DNA of 64,000 nucleotides. It comes from Promethearchaeota archaeon (GTDB lineage Archaea > Asgardarchaeota > Hermodarchaeia > Hermodarchaeales > Hermodarchaeaceae). The position numbers and the translations under genes are program-made. The stretch's first letter is position 1. Each line of letters opens with the position of its first letter. This document shows, piece after piece, positions 39,008 to 48,104 of the stretch. Under the pieces are notes generated by a model, which saw only the letters and a program-made list of their open reading frames with translations, was not told the origin of the DNA and made no database searches. The stretch spans positions 14,082-78,081 of the forward strand of contig JBHLMI010000008.1 of NCBI GenBank assembly GCA_048938295.1. The letters run 5' to 3'.

Positions 39008-40342
39008 TTGCACCTCGCTGAGAGTCTTAGTTCAGAGGCAGCTGCCTATTGGCATCGAGTTCAACGGTTCACTCCAAATGCACGACGAGTCATCATCAGC
39101 CAGGCAATCAGTCGATTAGGTTTTGGAATGTATCAAGCCATCTTCAACCTGTATTTGTTATCAATTGGCTTTTCCACGAGTTTCGTTGCCGGATTGCTCT
39201 CTTTGGGTTTATTCACTATGGCAATTGGTGCCTTAATCGCAGGCCCCTATACCACTCGCGTTGGCGAAAAGACAACCATGATTTTGTCAGGAGTTATCAT
39301 GACTGTCGCCGCCAGCGCATTAATCACACTACCAATTCCTGAAATCCTGATCATGATGATGATCTTGTTCTATTTTGGAAACAGCCTTTCCATTACCTCA
39401 TACAGCCCATTGATGGCCAGGAGTAGTTCCCCGTATGAACGGACTCACCTTTTTGGAACCTCGCAAGCCTCCCGTATAGGCTCCAGTTTCATCGGTAGCT
39501 TGCTAGGCGGGTTTCTACCCGGACTCTTTGCGCTGTGGTTCGTTGTTCCAATCGACAGCCCCCTTACCTTTCAGCTCACACTTATCATCTGGGTCATCGC
39601 AAGTGTTCTCGGAATTACCCCCCTCTTAGGAATGAAAGAGTCACGTCCACCTGCTAAAGCATCAGAGGAGAGCGATCTAATCCTAGATTCCATAACGTCT
39701 CCTGAGCCTAGAGGTCGGATCAGCATTGTTCTTCGGTTTATTATCTGTAATATCCTTATTGGTCTAGGCGCAGGCCTCATTGTTCCATTAATAAATGTCT
39801 TCTTCTGGGAATTCTATAACTTACCTACCTACATGGTGGGGCTTATCATCGGGCTTGGACAAGCGACCATGGCTACTGGAGTCCTCCTCTCCCCTATTCT
39901 GTCAACACACATTGGGAAGGTACCATCCGTGGTATTAACCCAGGCTCTATCGTTACCTTTCATCATCATCCTTGCCTCAGTGGTGAATCCTTTAGTGGCC
40001 ATCATCTGTTACTTGCTTCGAAATGCATTGATGAACGCAACAATGCCCATCGGGCAAACTCTTCGCATGGAATTAGTTCCCAGCTCTTGGCGCCCGAATC
40101 TTCAAGCCCTCAACACCTCCGCCATGAGTTTTGGTCGCGCAACCAGCGTCCAATTCGCCGGACAACTCTTCGACCAAGGACTATACCTAATTCCCTTCTG
40201 GTTAACCCTAATATTCTATGGAACTCAAACTGCGCTATATGCCTTGTTCTTTTGGAATGCAGAAAAGCAACGAGATAAGGACATCAAAGAGCACGAAACC
40301 ATTTTTCCAAGGAATATGATGATAGAAACTGACACCCATTGA
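39008..40342 (+). CDS. MFS transporter (paralog B)
   Basis: 444 aa with a TTG start, 12 TM. Shares the YWxRxxxFTPNA.. and WExYNLPTYMVGL motifs with paralog A. Confidence 0.7.
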   Translation: MHLAESLSSEAAAYWHRVQRFTPNARRVIISQAISRLGFGMYQAIFNLYLLSIGFSTSFVAGLLSLGLFTMAIGALIAGPYTTRVGEKTTMILSGVIMTVAASALITLPIPEILIMMMILFYFGNSLSITSYSPLMARSSSPYERTHLFGTSQASRIGSSFIGSLLGGFLPGLFALWFVVPIDSPLTFQLTLIIWVIASVLGITPLLGMKESRPPAKASEESDLILDSITSPEPRGRISIVLRFIICNILIGLGAGLIVPLINVFFWEFYNLPTYMVGLIIGLGQATMATGVLLSPILSTHIGKVPSVVLTQALSLPFIIILASVVNPLVAIICYLLRNALMNATMPIGQTLRMELVPSSWRPNLQALNTSAMSFGRATSVQFAGQLFDQGLYLIPFWLTLIFYGTQTALYALFFWNAEKQRDKDIKEHETIFPRNMMIETDTH

Positions 40343-40404
40343 GGTTTCAGCTTCATTTAACAATCTGTAAACTTATTAGGAGAGATTACGAATAGGAACC
40401 TTGA

Positions 40405-42318
40405 ATGGCATTTAAGGTGTGGGAGATATTGTCTAATAATCGCGGCTTACTTATCCTAGCATTTGTTTTTGCTTTTCTTTTAATTAATATATCAACACCT
40501 GCTCAAGTACCTGTGTTGGCTGAGAATTTTGAATTGAAACAGCCCGATTTTGGAAACGAACTGATAGCGTTTATTAGCCAAGTGAAAATGCAAAACGGAA
40601 ATGATAACTGGACAGTTCTTGTATATCTTGATGGAGATAACAATCTAGAGGAGTACGCGTTCGATGATTTGAATTCAATGGAGACAATTGGATCAACTCA
40701 AGATGTGAAAATTATTGTACTAGTTGATTTTTGGGATGGAACCTATACACCTTTTACAGGCGCAAAATGCTACGAAGTCAGCCAAGATTTGAATCAAAAC
40801 GTTATTAACTCAATCGAACTTGCTACACCACTACCCACGGAACCGGATATGGGTTCTCCCACTATTCTCCGAGATTTCATCGTGTTTGGTCAATCGTACG
40901 CTCCTGCTGACAATTATCTGCTGATTATTTGGGATCACGGGAGTGGGGCGTTTGGCTTGTGTGAAGATGAAACTAGTCAGTCTCAATTAACGATTGAGGA
41001 GTTGGAGCAAGCGCTCAGTGATTCACAAATTCAACATCTAGATATCGTGGCCTTTGATGCTTGCTTGATGGGGCAACTAGAGGTCGCTTACGAAATCCGT
41101 AATAGTACGGATTTAGTGGTGTTCTCGGAAGAATCAGTACCTGTGACGGGATTTCCATATGAAGATATACTACTTAACCTCACGACGTTTCCAACCTCAA
41201 CACCCAAAACTGTAGCATCCAGTCTTGTCTATTATTATGTAACGGCCTACGATATTGGTGGACGGTACTATGACCCTATGAACCTTGCTGTGTGTCTGTC
41301 CGCGATCGAATGCGATATGCTTGATGCAGTTGCTGAGGCATTGAATGAACTTGCACAGTTACTTTATACTAGTGTCAACGACCCCCAGCTCTATGAGGCG
41401 ATATCTTGGGCACGGGAAAGTACACAAAGTTTCTCATGGACTGAATTCATTGACTTGGACTCCTTCGCTTCAGCGCTTGCCACTCACCTTAATACTAATC
41501 CGTACTTTCAACGAGCCACCAATTTGTCCTCTTTCATCCAAGCAGCCGTTTACGAGGAACTACATCTAAGTGACGTTCCTGGTGCTCATGGGCTAGGCGC
41601 TGTGTTTGGTACTTATGGGTCTCATCAACTCGCTCTTGCCACCGATACAGAATGGGATGAATTCATTGAGGCATATCTGAATATCGGCGCATCATTTACT
41701 GAAGCTTGTCCACTCGTGCAATATCAAGGCCCAGGAGCTATTTTGGGTCTGCACTGTGGATATCTTGAAGGCGCTTATGATTCTGTATATTATATCTACA
41801 CTGCAACAGAAACAGGTCTGCATACCTTTACCATTGATGCAGCCTGGACCCAATTTGAAACTGACTTTGACCTCTACATCTACAATGCCTACCAAGGCCA
41901 ACTAGCTGAGTCGATCAGCAGTGACTCGTCAGAAACCATCACCATTAATCTGAGCGAAGGTAACACCTACTATATTGAGGTGTATTCGTATCCAACGGGC
42001 GATCTTAGTGCCGGTATCTTTCTACTCCAAGTTTTCACCCCCTCAAGTACTGGTCCTGCCTTTCCAATACCTCCCCTAACCATGATCATGTTAATCGCAG
42101 GTATCGTCGTCGGTATCCTTGTTGGCGTTATCACCATCATTATCTACCGACGAAGACAAACCAGCAGTACCGAACCCCCGTCCCGCTACACTGCCACAAC
42201 ATACATGCCCGGTTCAGCACCATCAACCACCGAAAGCACGAAATTCTGCGCCTATTGCGGTGGAGCAATCCCATCCCGTGCCCACTACTGCCCCATTTGC
42301 GGTTCCTCACTGGATTGA
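40405..42318 (+). CDS. secreted clostripain-like (C11) cysteine peptidase with C-terminal TM and cytoplasmic zinc-ribbon tail
   Basis: Signal-anchor at the N-terminus. WTVLVYLDGDNNLE, catalytic His in LIIWDHGSGAFG, catalytic Cys in DIVAFDACLMG. C-terminal TM LTMIMLIAGIVVGILVGVITIII, then CAYCGG..HYCPICG. Confidence 0.6.
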   Translation: MAFKVWEILSNNRGLLILAFVFAFLLINISTPAQVPVLAENFELKQPDFGNELIAFISQVKMQNGNDNWTVLVYLDGDNNLEEYAFDDLNSMETIGSTQDVKIIVLVDFWDGTYTPFTGAKCYEVSQDLNQNVINSIELATPLPTEPDMGSPTILRDFIVFGQSYAPADNYLLIIWDHGSGAFGLCEDETSQSQLTIEELEQALSDSQIQHLDIVAFDACLMGQLEVAYEIRNSTDLVVFSEESVPVTGFPYEDILLNLTTFPTSTPKTVASSLVYYYVTAYDIGGRYYDPMNLAVCLSAIECDMLDAVAEALNELAQLLYTSVNDPQLYEAISWARESTQSFSWTEFIDLDSFASALATHLNTNPYFQRATNLSSFIQAAVYEELHLSDVPGAHGLGAVFGTYGSHQLALATDTEWDEFIEAYLNIGASFTEACPLVQYQGPGAILGLHCGYLEGAYDSVYYIYTATETGLHTFTIDAAWTQFETDFDLYIYNAYQGQLAESISSDSSETITINLSEGNTYYIEVYSYPTGDLSAGIFLLQVFTPSSTGPAFPIPPLTMIMLIAGIVVGILVGVITIIIYRRRQTSSTEPPSRYTATTYMPGSAPSTTESTKFCAYCGGAIPSRAHYCPICGSSLD

Positions 42319-42434
42319 ATCCCACACCCAACCCTCCTTCCCCGAATATCCGTGTCACCTCAGACCACAGTAGGATACAAAAACTTCCCGAAAACTCTGA
42401 CACAAACGCTGTTCTTTTGCATCCCAGTTGCCGA

Positions 42435-42443
42435 CTTTAAGTA
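42435..42443 (+). promoter_or_regulatory. TATA-like box (CTTTAAGTA) about 30 nt upstream of the polB-like ATG
   Basis: Archaeal TATA consensus-like element with the expected spacing for a leaderless transcript. Confidence 0.25.
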
Positions 42444-42472
42444 GGGTGCTGAGAGAGCCGTCCTGACCAACA

Positions 42473-44680
42473 ATGCGTGGCTGGATCCTCGACGTAACTC
42501 CCCGGTCCGACCACTTGGTCCTGTGGTTGCGCACGGCAGCAAAATGCATTCCCTTGGAAATACCTTATCAGCCACAATTCTACTTACACGCACCTGGCGT
42601 CCAATTCGAGAACTATGCGCCGCTGTTCGAGAATCACCCACTGGTATGCGCTGTGACCCCGGCGTTTCGTCGGCTGCAATTGCGAGGCGCGCGACGACCG
42701 GTTCTCGCCGTAACAGTCTCCTCCTGCACCCAACTCTCCCGAGTCGTTCACGAAATCAAAACCCTCGCTGTCCCCCGTTTTCGCGTCTTCAACGGCGATC
42801 TCTCCGCAACCCAGCTCTGGTACCTCGAGCAACGGCGCTTCCCCTTCGAGCAGGTGGAGGTCCACACCGACCAGTCGGGGTCCCGTGTTACCCACATCGA
42901 CTCCTGCGACTCCCGGTGGGCCCTCGACTACGAACTGCCGTCCTTTGATACTGTGGACCTCCACCTAGAAGGAGAAGACCTGTTCTGTGCCACCAGCACC
43001 TCTGGTGAGACGTTGCAGACCACAGAGCCCATGATGCTCCAGGATTGGATTAACATTCAAGATCCGGACATCATCTTCACCGAAGACGGCGACTACCGCA
43101 TCTTTCCTACTCTCATTCGACGCGTCCAAGAGGAGGGGATGTTGCACCAGTTTTCGTTGAGTCGGGACCAGACTCCCCATGTCTTCAGTGACAAGACTCT
43201 GCCTGCAGGTCGTGCTGTCTTCCGGTATGGCGGCCCAGTCTTTTATCGTCCACACCCCTTTCTGCTCCATGGACGTTTGCATCTGGACCGATCACACATG
43301 ACCTTCGGTAACTTCGACGGACTCATCGAATCAAGTCGAATTACCGCCTTTCCGCCCCAGCGTATGGCGCGAAGCAGCCCGGGCACCGGTATCAATATGC
43401 TCCAGATGCAAGAGGCACTCAACCGTGGTGTCCTGATTCCCGAAACCAAAGCCGACCCAGAAGAGTACAAGACCGGGCTTGAACTCCTCAACGCTGACCG
43501 GGGTGGCCACGTCATCACCCCGCGTGTTGGCATCTTCAGTGAAGTCGGCGAACTCGACTTCCTGTCCATGTATCCGTCGCTGATGGTCAAGTATAACATC
43601 TCGCCGGAAGCCTTGTTCTGCGACTGTTGCCCCGAGGACGCCACTGTGGTGCCCGAGATAGGCTATTGGTTATGTCGGCGCCAGCGCGGCATTGTCCCTA
43701 CCTTCCTTGAACCTATTCTCAAGAAACGAATCTACTACAAGCGACACCGCCATGATGACCCTATATACGAGGCGCGGCAAGCCGCGTTGAAATGGCTCCT
43801 CGTCGTCTCCTTTGGTTACCTCGGGTTTCGAGCCTCACGATTTGGTCGCGTCGAAGCCTATGAATGTGTCACAGCCTTCAGTCGACGGGTCCTGCTGCAG
43901 ACCAAAGCCGTCTGTGAACGCAAAGGCTTTGATGTGCTCCATGGCATCGTGGACTGCGTCTGGCTGCAGAAGCCCGGCGCCACTGTCGAAGACTACCTGA
44001 CCGCCGGCGAAGCCGTTGAGGAAGTGACCGGACTACCGATAGAATTTGAAGGCCGCTATCGGTGGATTATGTTCTTGCCTTGTCGCAATCAACCCTACGG
44101 CGCGCTGACACGCTACTGCGGAGTAAAACACGATGGTACCATTAAAGCCCGAGGCATTGAACTGCGACGCCGTGATACTCCACCGTTCATCAAGCAACTC
44201 CAGATGGACCTCCTCACTTGTCTGGCGGGAGCTGAAGACACTGATGAGATGCAGCAACTGCTCCCGCAATTGCTCGATATCGTCAAAGACTATCTTGACC
44301 TTTTGCACAGCGGTGGAATGACAACGGAGGACCTCATCATCACTCAACGCATCAGCCGATCCCCCCACGAATACCAGCAGCAGTGCAGCCAGGCCATTGC
44401 CGCTGAACTCGCCATCCGATACGGGCAAGACATCCAGCCAGGACAAGCCATTAAGTACGTGCACACCGACTCCACGTCTCGTCATCCATTGCGCCGTGTC
44501 GCGCTCCCCCACACCGCAGCAGCAGTCCACTATGACAAGGACAAATACACCGAGCTGCTGCTCCGCGCCGCCGATACCCTCCTGACACCCCTCGGTTGGA
44601 ATTACGAGCGGCTCACACAATACTTCAGCGATAAACCAGTCCAAACCTTGCTGGACTCTCATATTCGAGTGCGAAAGTAG
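42473..44680 (+). CDS. family-B DNA polymerase paralog (GC-rich; degenerate exonuclease motifs and degenerate motif C)
   Basis: N-terminus MRGWILDVTP.. resembles archaeal PolB N-termini. Pol motif A LDFLSMYPSLM, motif B KWLLVVSFGYLGF, KxY-region KARGIELRRRDTP. Motif C position reads VLHGIVDCVWL instead of YxDTDS. Exo I position is HLE instead of DxE; Exo II is DGDYRIFPTL. GC content of the ORF is about 58%, against roughly 40-45% in surrounding genes. Confidence 0.7.
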   Translation: MRGWILDVTPRSDHLVLWLRTAAKCIPLEIPYQPQFYLHAPGVQFENYAPLFENHPLVCAVTPAFRRLQLRGARRPVLAVTVSSCTQLSRVVHEIKTLAVPRFRVFNGDLSATQLWYLEQRRFPFEQVEVHTDQSGSRVTHIDSCDSRWALDYELPSFDTVDLHLEGEDLFCATSTSGETLQTTEPMMLQDWINIQDPDIIFTEDGDYRIFPTLIRRVQEEGMLHQFSLSRDQTPHVFSDKTLPAGRAVFRYGGPVFYRPHPFLLHGRLHLDRSHMTFGNFDGLIESSRITAFPPQRMARSSPGTGINMLQMQEALNRGVLIPETKADPEEYKTGLELLNADRGGHVITPRVGIFSEVGELDFLSMYPSLMVKYNISPEALFCDCCPEDATVVPEIGYWLCRRQRGIVPTFLEPILKKRIYYKRHRHDDPIYEARQAALKWLLVVSFGYLGFRASRFGRVEAYECVTAFSRRVLLQTKAVCERKGFDVLHGIVDCVWLQKPGATVEDYLTAGEAVEEVTGLPIEFEGRYRWIMFLPCRNQPYGALTRYCGVKHDGTIKARGIELRRRDTPPFIKQLQMDLLTCLAGAEDTDEMQQLLPQLLDIVKDYLDLLHSGGMTTEDLIITQRISRSPHEYQQQCSQAIAAELAIRYGQDIQPGQAIKYVHTDSTSRHPLRRVALPHTAAAVHYDKDKYTELLLRAADTLLTPLGWNYERLTQYFSDKPVQTLLDSHIRVRK

Positions 44681-44687
44681 TCTGCAT

Positions 44688-45869
44688 CTACTTGTGTAAA
44701 AATTCTGTTATGCGTGATGCTGCTTCACGTATCCGATTCGGTGGAGCAGAGCCCACACTGATGCGAATGTTATTGGGGTAGGCAGACCCAAATTGATCTC
44801 CAGGAACGACAACCACGCCCTTCTCTTCGAGGAGAGAGACAGCAAATTCAGGTCCTGTCATCCCAGTGTCTTCCACATCGGGAAACAGATAGAAGCCTGC
44901 CACAGGTTCATAGGTGAATGTGAAGCCTTTGATGGGCTTGAAACTTTCAAGGGCCACTTTGCGACGATCGTCTAAGACATTACGATGCTGCTCAATGATT
45001 CCCTTGAAGGCGGTGGGATTTGACAGCGTCTTCATAGCACCTACCTGAATAGGAGTGGGAGCACAGGCGGTATTATATTGGTGCACCTGATAGATCGGAC
45101 GCATCAACTTCACAGGAGCTATGACATAACCAAGGCGTAACCCAGTCATCGCTAATGCCTTGGAAAAACTATTGGCGATAATGACATTATCTCGATCAAA
45201 GTTGGCAGCACAGGTGTGTGGATGACCATCAAAACGTAAGAATTCATAGCATTCATCGGAAATTAGAATACTATCATACTCGCTAGCTAGTTCAACAATT
45301 GTCTTTATACTCTGATCTGAAGCCACTGAGCCAGTTGGATTACACGGTGAATTAATAATGACCATTTGAGGAGGTTTCTTTTCAAATTCAGCACGATACT
45401 TGTTAGCATCTAGGTCAAATGCTGAAGTCATTGGAATCAATTTCACCTCTGCTCCTGCAAGTTTTGCTTGGTTTGCGAAGTAACCAAACGCAGGGTCTTG
45501 AACAAACACCAAATCGCCAGGATTAATTAGAGCCAGCATTGCATCAAGCAGGCCCTCCAAGGCGCCACAAGTTACCAAAATCTCATCAGCCGTATAATCC
45601 AGGTTGTAGGTTTCCTGATACCGGTCGGCAATAGCTTGACGTAATTCAAGAATACCCGCATTAGAGGAATAATGGGTTTGCCCTGTTGCGAATGCGTCGG
45701 CAATGGCATCGCCTAGAAAGGGAGGGAGGGGTAAGTCCAAATCCCCAATGCCTAAGGAGATCACATCCACCCCTTTAGCTGCCAGCCTAGAACCAATTTC
45801 GAAAAACTCTCGAAGCCCGCTAGGTGAAACACCTTGTAAACGTGAAGCAGTTTTGACAGTCTTTGGCAT
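44688..45869 (-). CDS. class I/II PLP-dependent aminotransferase (aspartate aminotransferase-like)
   Basis: PLP-lysine motif NSFSKALAMTGLRLGY. ..SPCNPTG... Start moved to the internal ATG (MPKTVKTAS). Confidence 0.85.
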   Translation of the reverse strand: MPKTVKTASRLQGVSPSGLREFFEIGSRLAAKGVDVISLGIGDLDLPLPPFLGDAIADAFATGQTHYSSNAGILELRQAIADRYQETYNLDYTADEILVTCGALEGLLDAMLALINPGDLVFVQDPAFGYFANQAKLAGAEVKLIPMTSAFDLDANKYRAEFEKKPPQMVIINSPCNPTGSVASDQSIKTIVELASEYDSILISDECYEFLRFDGHPHTCAANFDRDNVIIANSFSKALAMTGLRLGYVIAPVKLMRPIYQVHQYNTACAPTPIQVGAMKTLSNPTAFKGIIEQHRNVLDDRRKVALESFKPIKGFTFTYEPVAGFYLFPDVEDTGMTGPEFAVSLLEEKGVVVVPGDQFGSAYPNNIRISVGSAPPNRIREAASRITEFLHK

Positions 45870-46023
45870 AAATTCAGGCTCCTCTCGATCATCGTCCCCT
45901 TTCCATACTCGTTTCTCCTTGAAAAAGTTCTGTACACACCAAATAATCAATACCTAGACTGATTGGTGAAATAAGATAGAAATTTCTAAAGCTATTTTAA
46001 GGAACAAAAGGCAATCTTGAGTC

Positions 46024-47424
46024 ATGAAAAAATATGATGCTATTGTAATTGGCTCTGGATCTGGTGGAATCATCCTCGATCAAGCTTACCGGGCAGGATT
46101 CAAAGTTGCTTATGTTGATAGAGGACCTCTCGGTGGAACCTGTCTAAACGTTGGATGTATCCCGTCAAAAATGCTCATTTACCCCGCGGATCGAATCGTC
46201 GAAATCCAAGAGGCACACAAACTGGGAATCGATGCGGAGATTAAAAATATCGACTTCAAGGCAATCATGAAACGGATGCGGGAACCAATTGACGAAAGCC
46301 TTTCTCACATGCGGGCAGGCCTCCAACATGCCCAGAACCTTGACTTCTATGAAGCAGAAGGCCAATTTACTGGTAACTACACCATAGAGGTTGCTGGTGA
46401 TGAAATTCGGGGAGAGAAGATCTTCATTGTCGCTGGTGCACGCCCCTCCATTCCCCCCATCAAAGGTTTAGACCAAATCAACTATCTTACGAACGAGACA
46501 CTTCTCGAGCTCACTGAATTACCAAAGAGCGTTATCATTATTGGTGGAGGATATATCGCGGCAGAATACAGCCATTTTTTAGCAGCCATGGGCTCCGAGA
46601 TTACTATACTGCAACGTGCACCCAGATTGGTTCCCCAAAACGAACCCGAAATATCCCTCACATTGCAGAAAGCCCTCTCGAAGAGAATGCGCATCATCAC
46701 AAATACTGCTGCCATTGAAGTGAAACATACAGCCTCGGGTGACACTGTTATTGCTGAAAACAAAACAACCGGAGAAGAGATGGAATTCACCAGCGAACGT
46801 ATCCTTGTTGCAACAGGACGACGATCCAATGCTGATGTATTGAAAGTTGAAAAGACAGGAGTCAAAACCGACGAACGCGGATTCATTGTGGTCAACGATT
46901 ACCTCGAAACGAGTAAAAAGAACATCTGGGCCCTTGGAGATGTCACAGGACGTTACATGTTTAAACATGTCGCCAACCGTGAAGCCCAAATTGCTTGGAA
47001 CAACGCTGTAGGCGATCAGAAACAGAAAATGGAATACCACGCTGTTCCCTACGCCGTGTTTTCCTACCCTCAAATTGCTGGCGTAGGACTCACTGCTGCT
47101 GAAGCAGCTAAGAAATATGACATCCTTCTGGGAACAGCCAAATATTCAGATGTCGCTAAGGGTGAAGCTATGGTCGAAGAAGAAGGATTCGCTAAAGCCA
47201 TCGTCGATAAAAACACCTACAAAATCCACGGATTCCACATCATCGGTCCCTATGCAGCGATGCTTATTCAGGAGGTGGTTGACATCATGGCCATTGGCGG
47301 TAACATGTGGACTCTCGCCCAAGGCATGCATATTCATCCCGCACTGACCGAGTTGGTCGTATCTGCACTTGGGAACCTATATGATCCCACACATATCCAT
47401 CATCATGAACACGAGCAGCATTAG
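46024..47424 (+). CDS. pyridine nucleotide-disulfide oxidoreductase (dihydrolipoamide dehydrogenase-like), with His-rich C-terminal tail
   Basis: FAD-binding GSGSGG, redox-active disulfide GGTCLNVGCIPSK, NAD-binding GGGYIA. C-terminus ends HIHHHEHEQH. Confidence 0.85.
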   Translation: MKKYDAIVIGSGSGGIILDQAYRAGFKVAYVDRGPLGGTCLNVGCIPSKMLIYPADRIVEIQEAHKLGIDAEIKNIDFKAIMKRMREPIDESLSHMRAGLQHAQNLDFYEAEGQFTGNYTIEVAGDEIRGEKIFIVAGARPSIPPIKGLDQINYLTNETLLELTELPKSVIIIGGGYIAAEYSHFLAAMGSEITILQRAPRLVPQNEPEISLTLQKALSKRMRIITNTAAIEVKHTASGDTVIAENKTTGEEMEFTSERILVATGRRSNADVLKVEKTGVKTDERGFIVVNDYLETSKKNIWALGDVTGRYMFKHVANREAQIAWNNAVGDQKQKMEYHAVPYAVFSYPQIAGVGLTAAEAAKKYDILLGTAKYSDVAKGEAMVEEEGFAKAIVDKNTYKIHGFHIIGPYAAMLIQEVVDIMAIGGNMWTLAQGMHIHPALTELVVSALGNLYDPTHIHHHEHEQH

Positions 47425-47435
47425 GAGCCCAACAG

Positions 47436-47768
47436 ATGGCAGATAAAATAATTGTAATCATCACCTCAGGTGATAGAGGTGTTGTAAAAACCGCTTTGAT
47501 GTATGCTCGGAATACTCTGAAGTACAAATGGCTCGAAGATGTCAAAATCATCTTTTTTGGCCCCTCAGAACAATTGGTAGCCAACGACCCAGACCTTGCC
47601 AAGGAAGTTCAAGAAATCTGTATGCAAGGAGATGGTATTGCCTGTAAATTTATCTCGGATAATGAAGGCACCTCTAAATCACTTACTCAGCTTGGGCTCC
47701 AAATCGAATATGTCGGGGCCATCATTGCTGATTTCATTAAAGGCGGGTACATCCCAATGGTATGGTAA
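47436..47768 (+). CDS. DsrE/DsrF/DsrH-like small protein
   Basis: 110 aa. MADKIIVIITSGDRGVVKTALMYARNT.. resembles the DsrE-fold N-terminus; conserved Cys in GIACKF. Confidence 0.45.
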   Translation: MADKIIVIITSGDRGVVKTALMYARNTLKYKWLEDVKIIFFGPSEQLVANDPDLAKEVQEICMQGDGIACKFISDNEGTSKSLTQLGLQIEYVGAIIADFIKGGYIPMVW

Positions 47769-47779
47769 CCAATTTGCTG

Positions 47780-48040
47780 CTATATCGCAATGCAGGTTTC
47801 TGTGCGATTTACTCCATCCACACTATGGATACCTTCCATTACTTCCCTCAAATCCTCTGTAGAGGGAAGTACAGCATAAGCAATCACATCATAAGGTCCT
47901 GTTACGACATTGGATCGGTCGACACCTGAAATTTTCCCAATGGCTTGAGCGACATCCCATACCTTCCCTGCTTCAACCCGTATCAGAATGTATACAACTA
48001 CCGGCACTTCAATCACTACTTCAAAGTATATCTCAACCAA
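47780..48040 (-). CDS. stand-alone Lrp/AsnC C-terminal (RAM) domain protein
   Basis: VVYILIRVEAGKVWDVAQAIGKISGVDRSNVVTGPYDVIAYAVL matches the RAM-domain pattern. There is no HTH. Confidence 0.5.
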   Translation of the reverse strand: MVEIYFEVVIEVPVVVYILIRVEAGKVWDVAQAIGKISGVDRSNVVTGPYDVIAYAVLPSTEDLREVMEGIHSVDGVNRTETCIAI

Positions 48041-48104
48041 GATATTAATCTAATAGATACCATTACAGTCGCCACCATCAAAACCTTTGAGATGTTTATA
48101 AGCA

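Noticed and set aside
42119-42964. Multiple 60-141-aa ORFs on both strands at the start of the PolB-like gene
   Set aside because: High GC content produces long stop-free stretches in all frames; they are embedded in the 735-aa PolB-like frame, which carries the conserved motifs.
44033-44662. 209-aa antisense ORF inside the PolB-like gene
   Set aside because: GC-rich shadow ORF with no motifs, fully antisense to the polymerase domain.
46482-47073. 137- and 164-aa antisense ORFs inside the disulfide oxidoreductase gene
   Set aside because: Embedded in and antisense to a gene with FAD/NAD and CxxxxC motifs.
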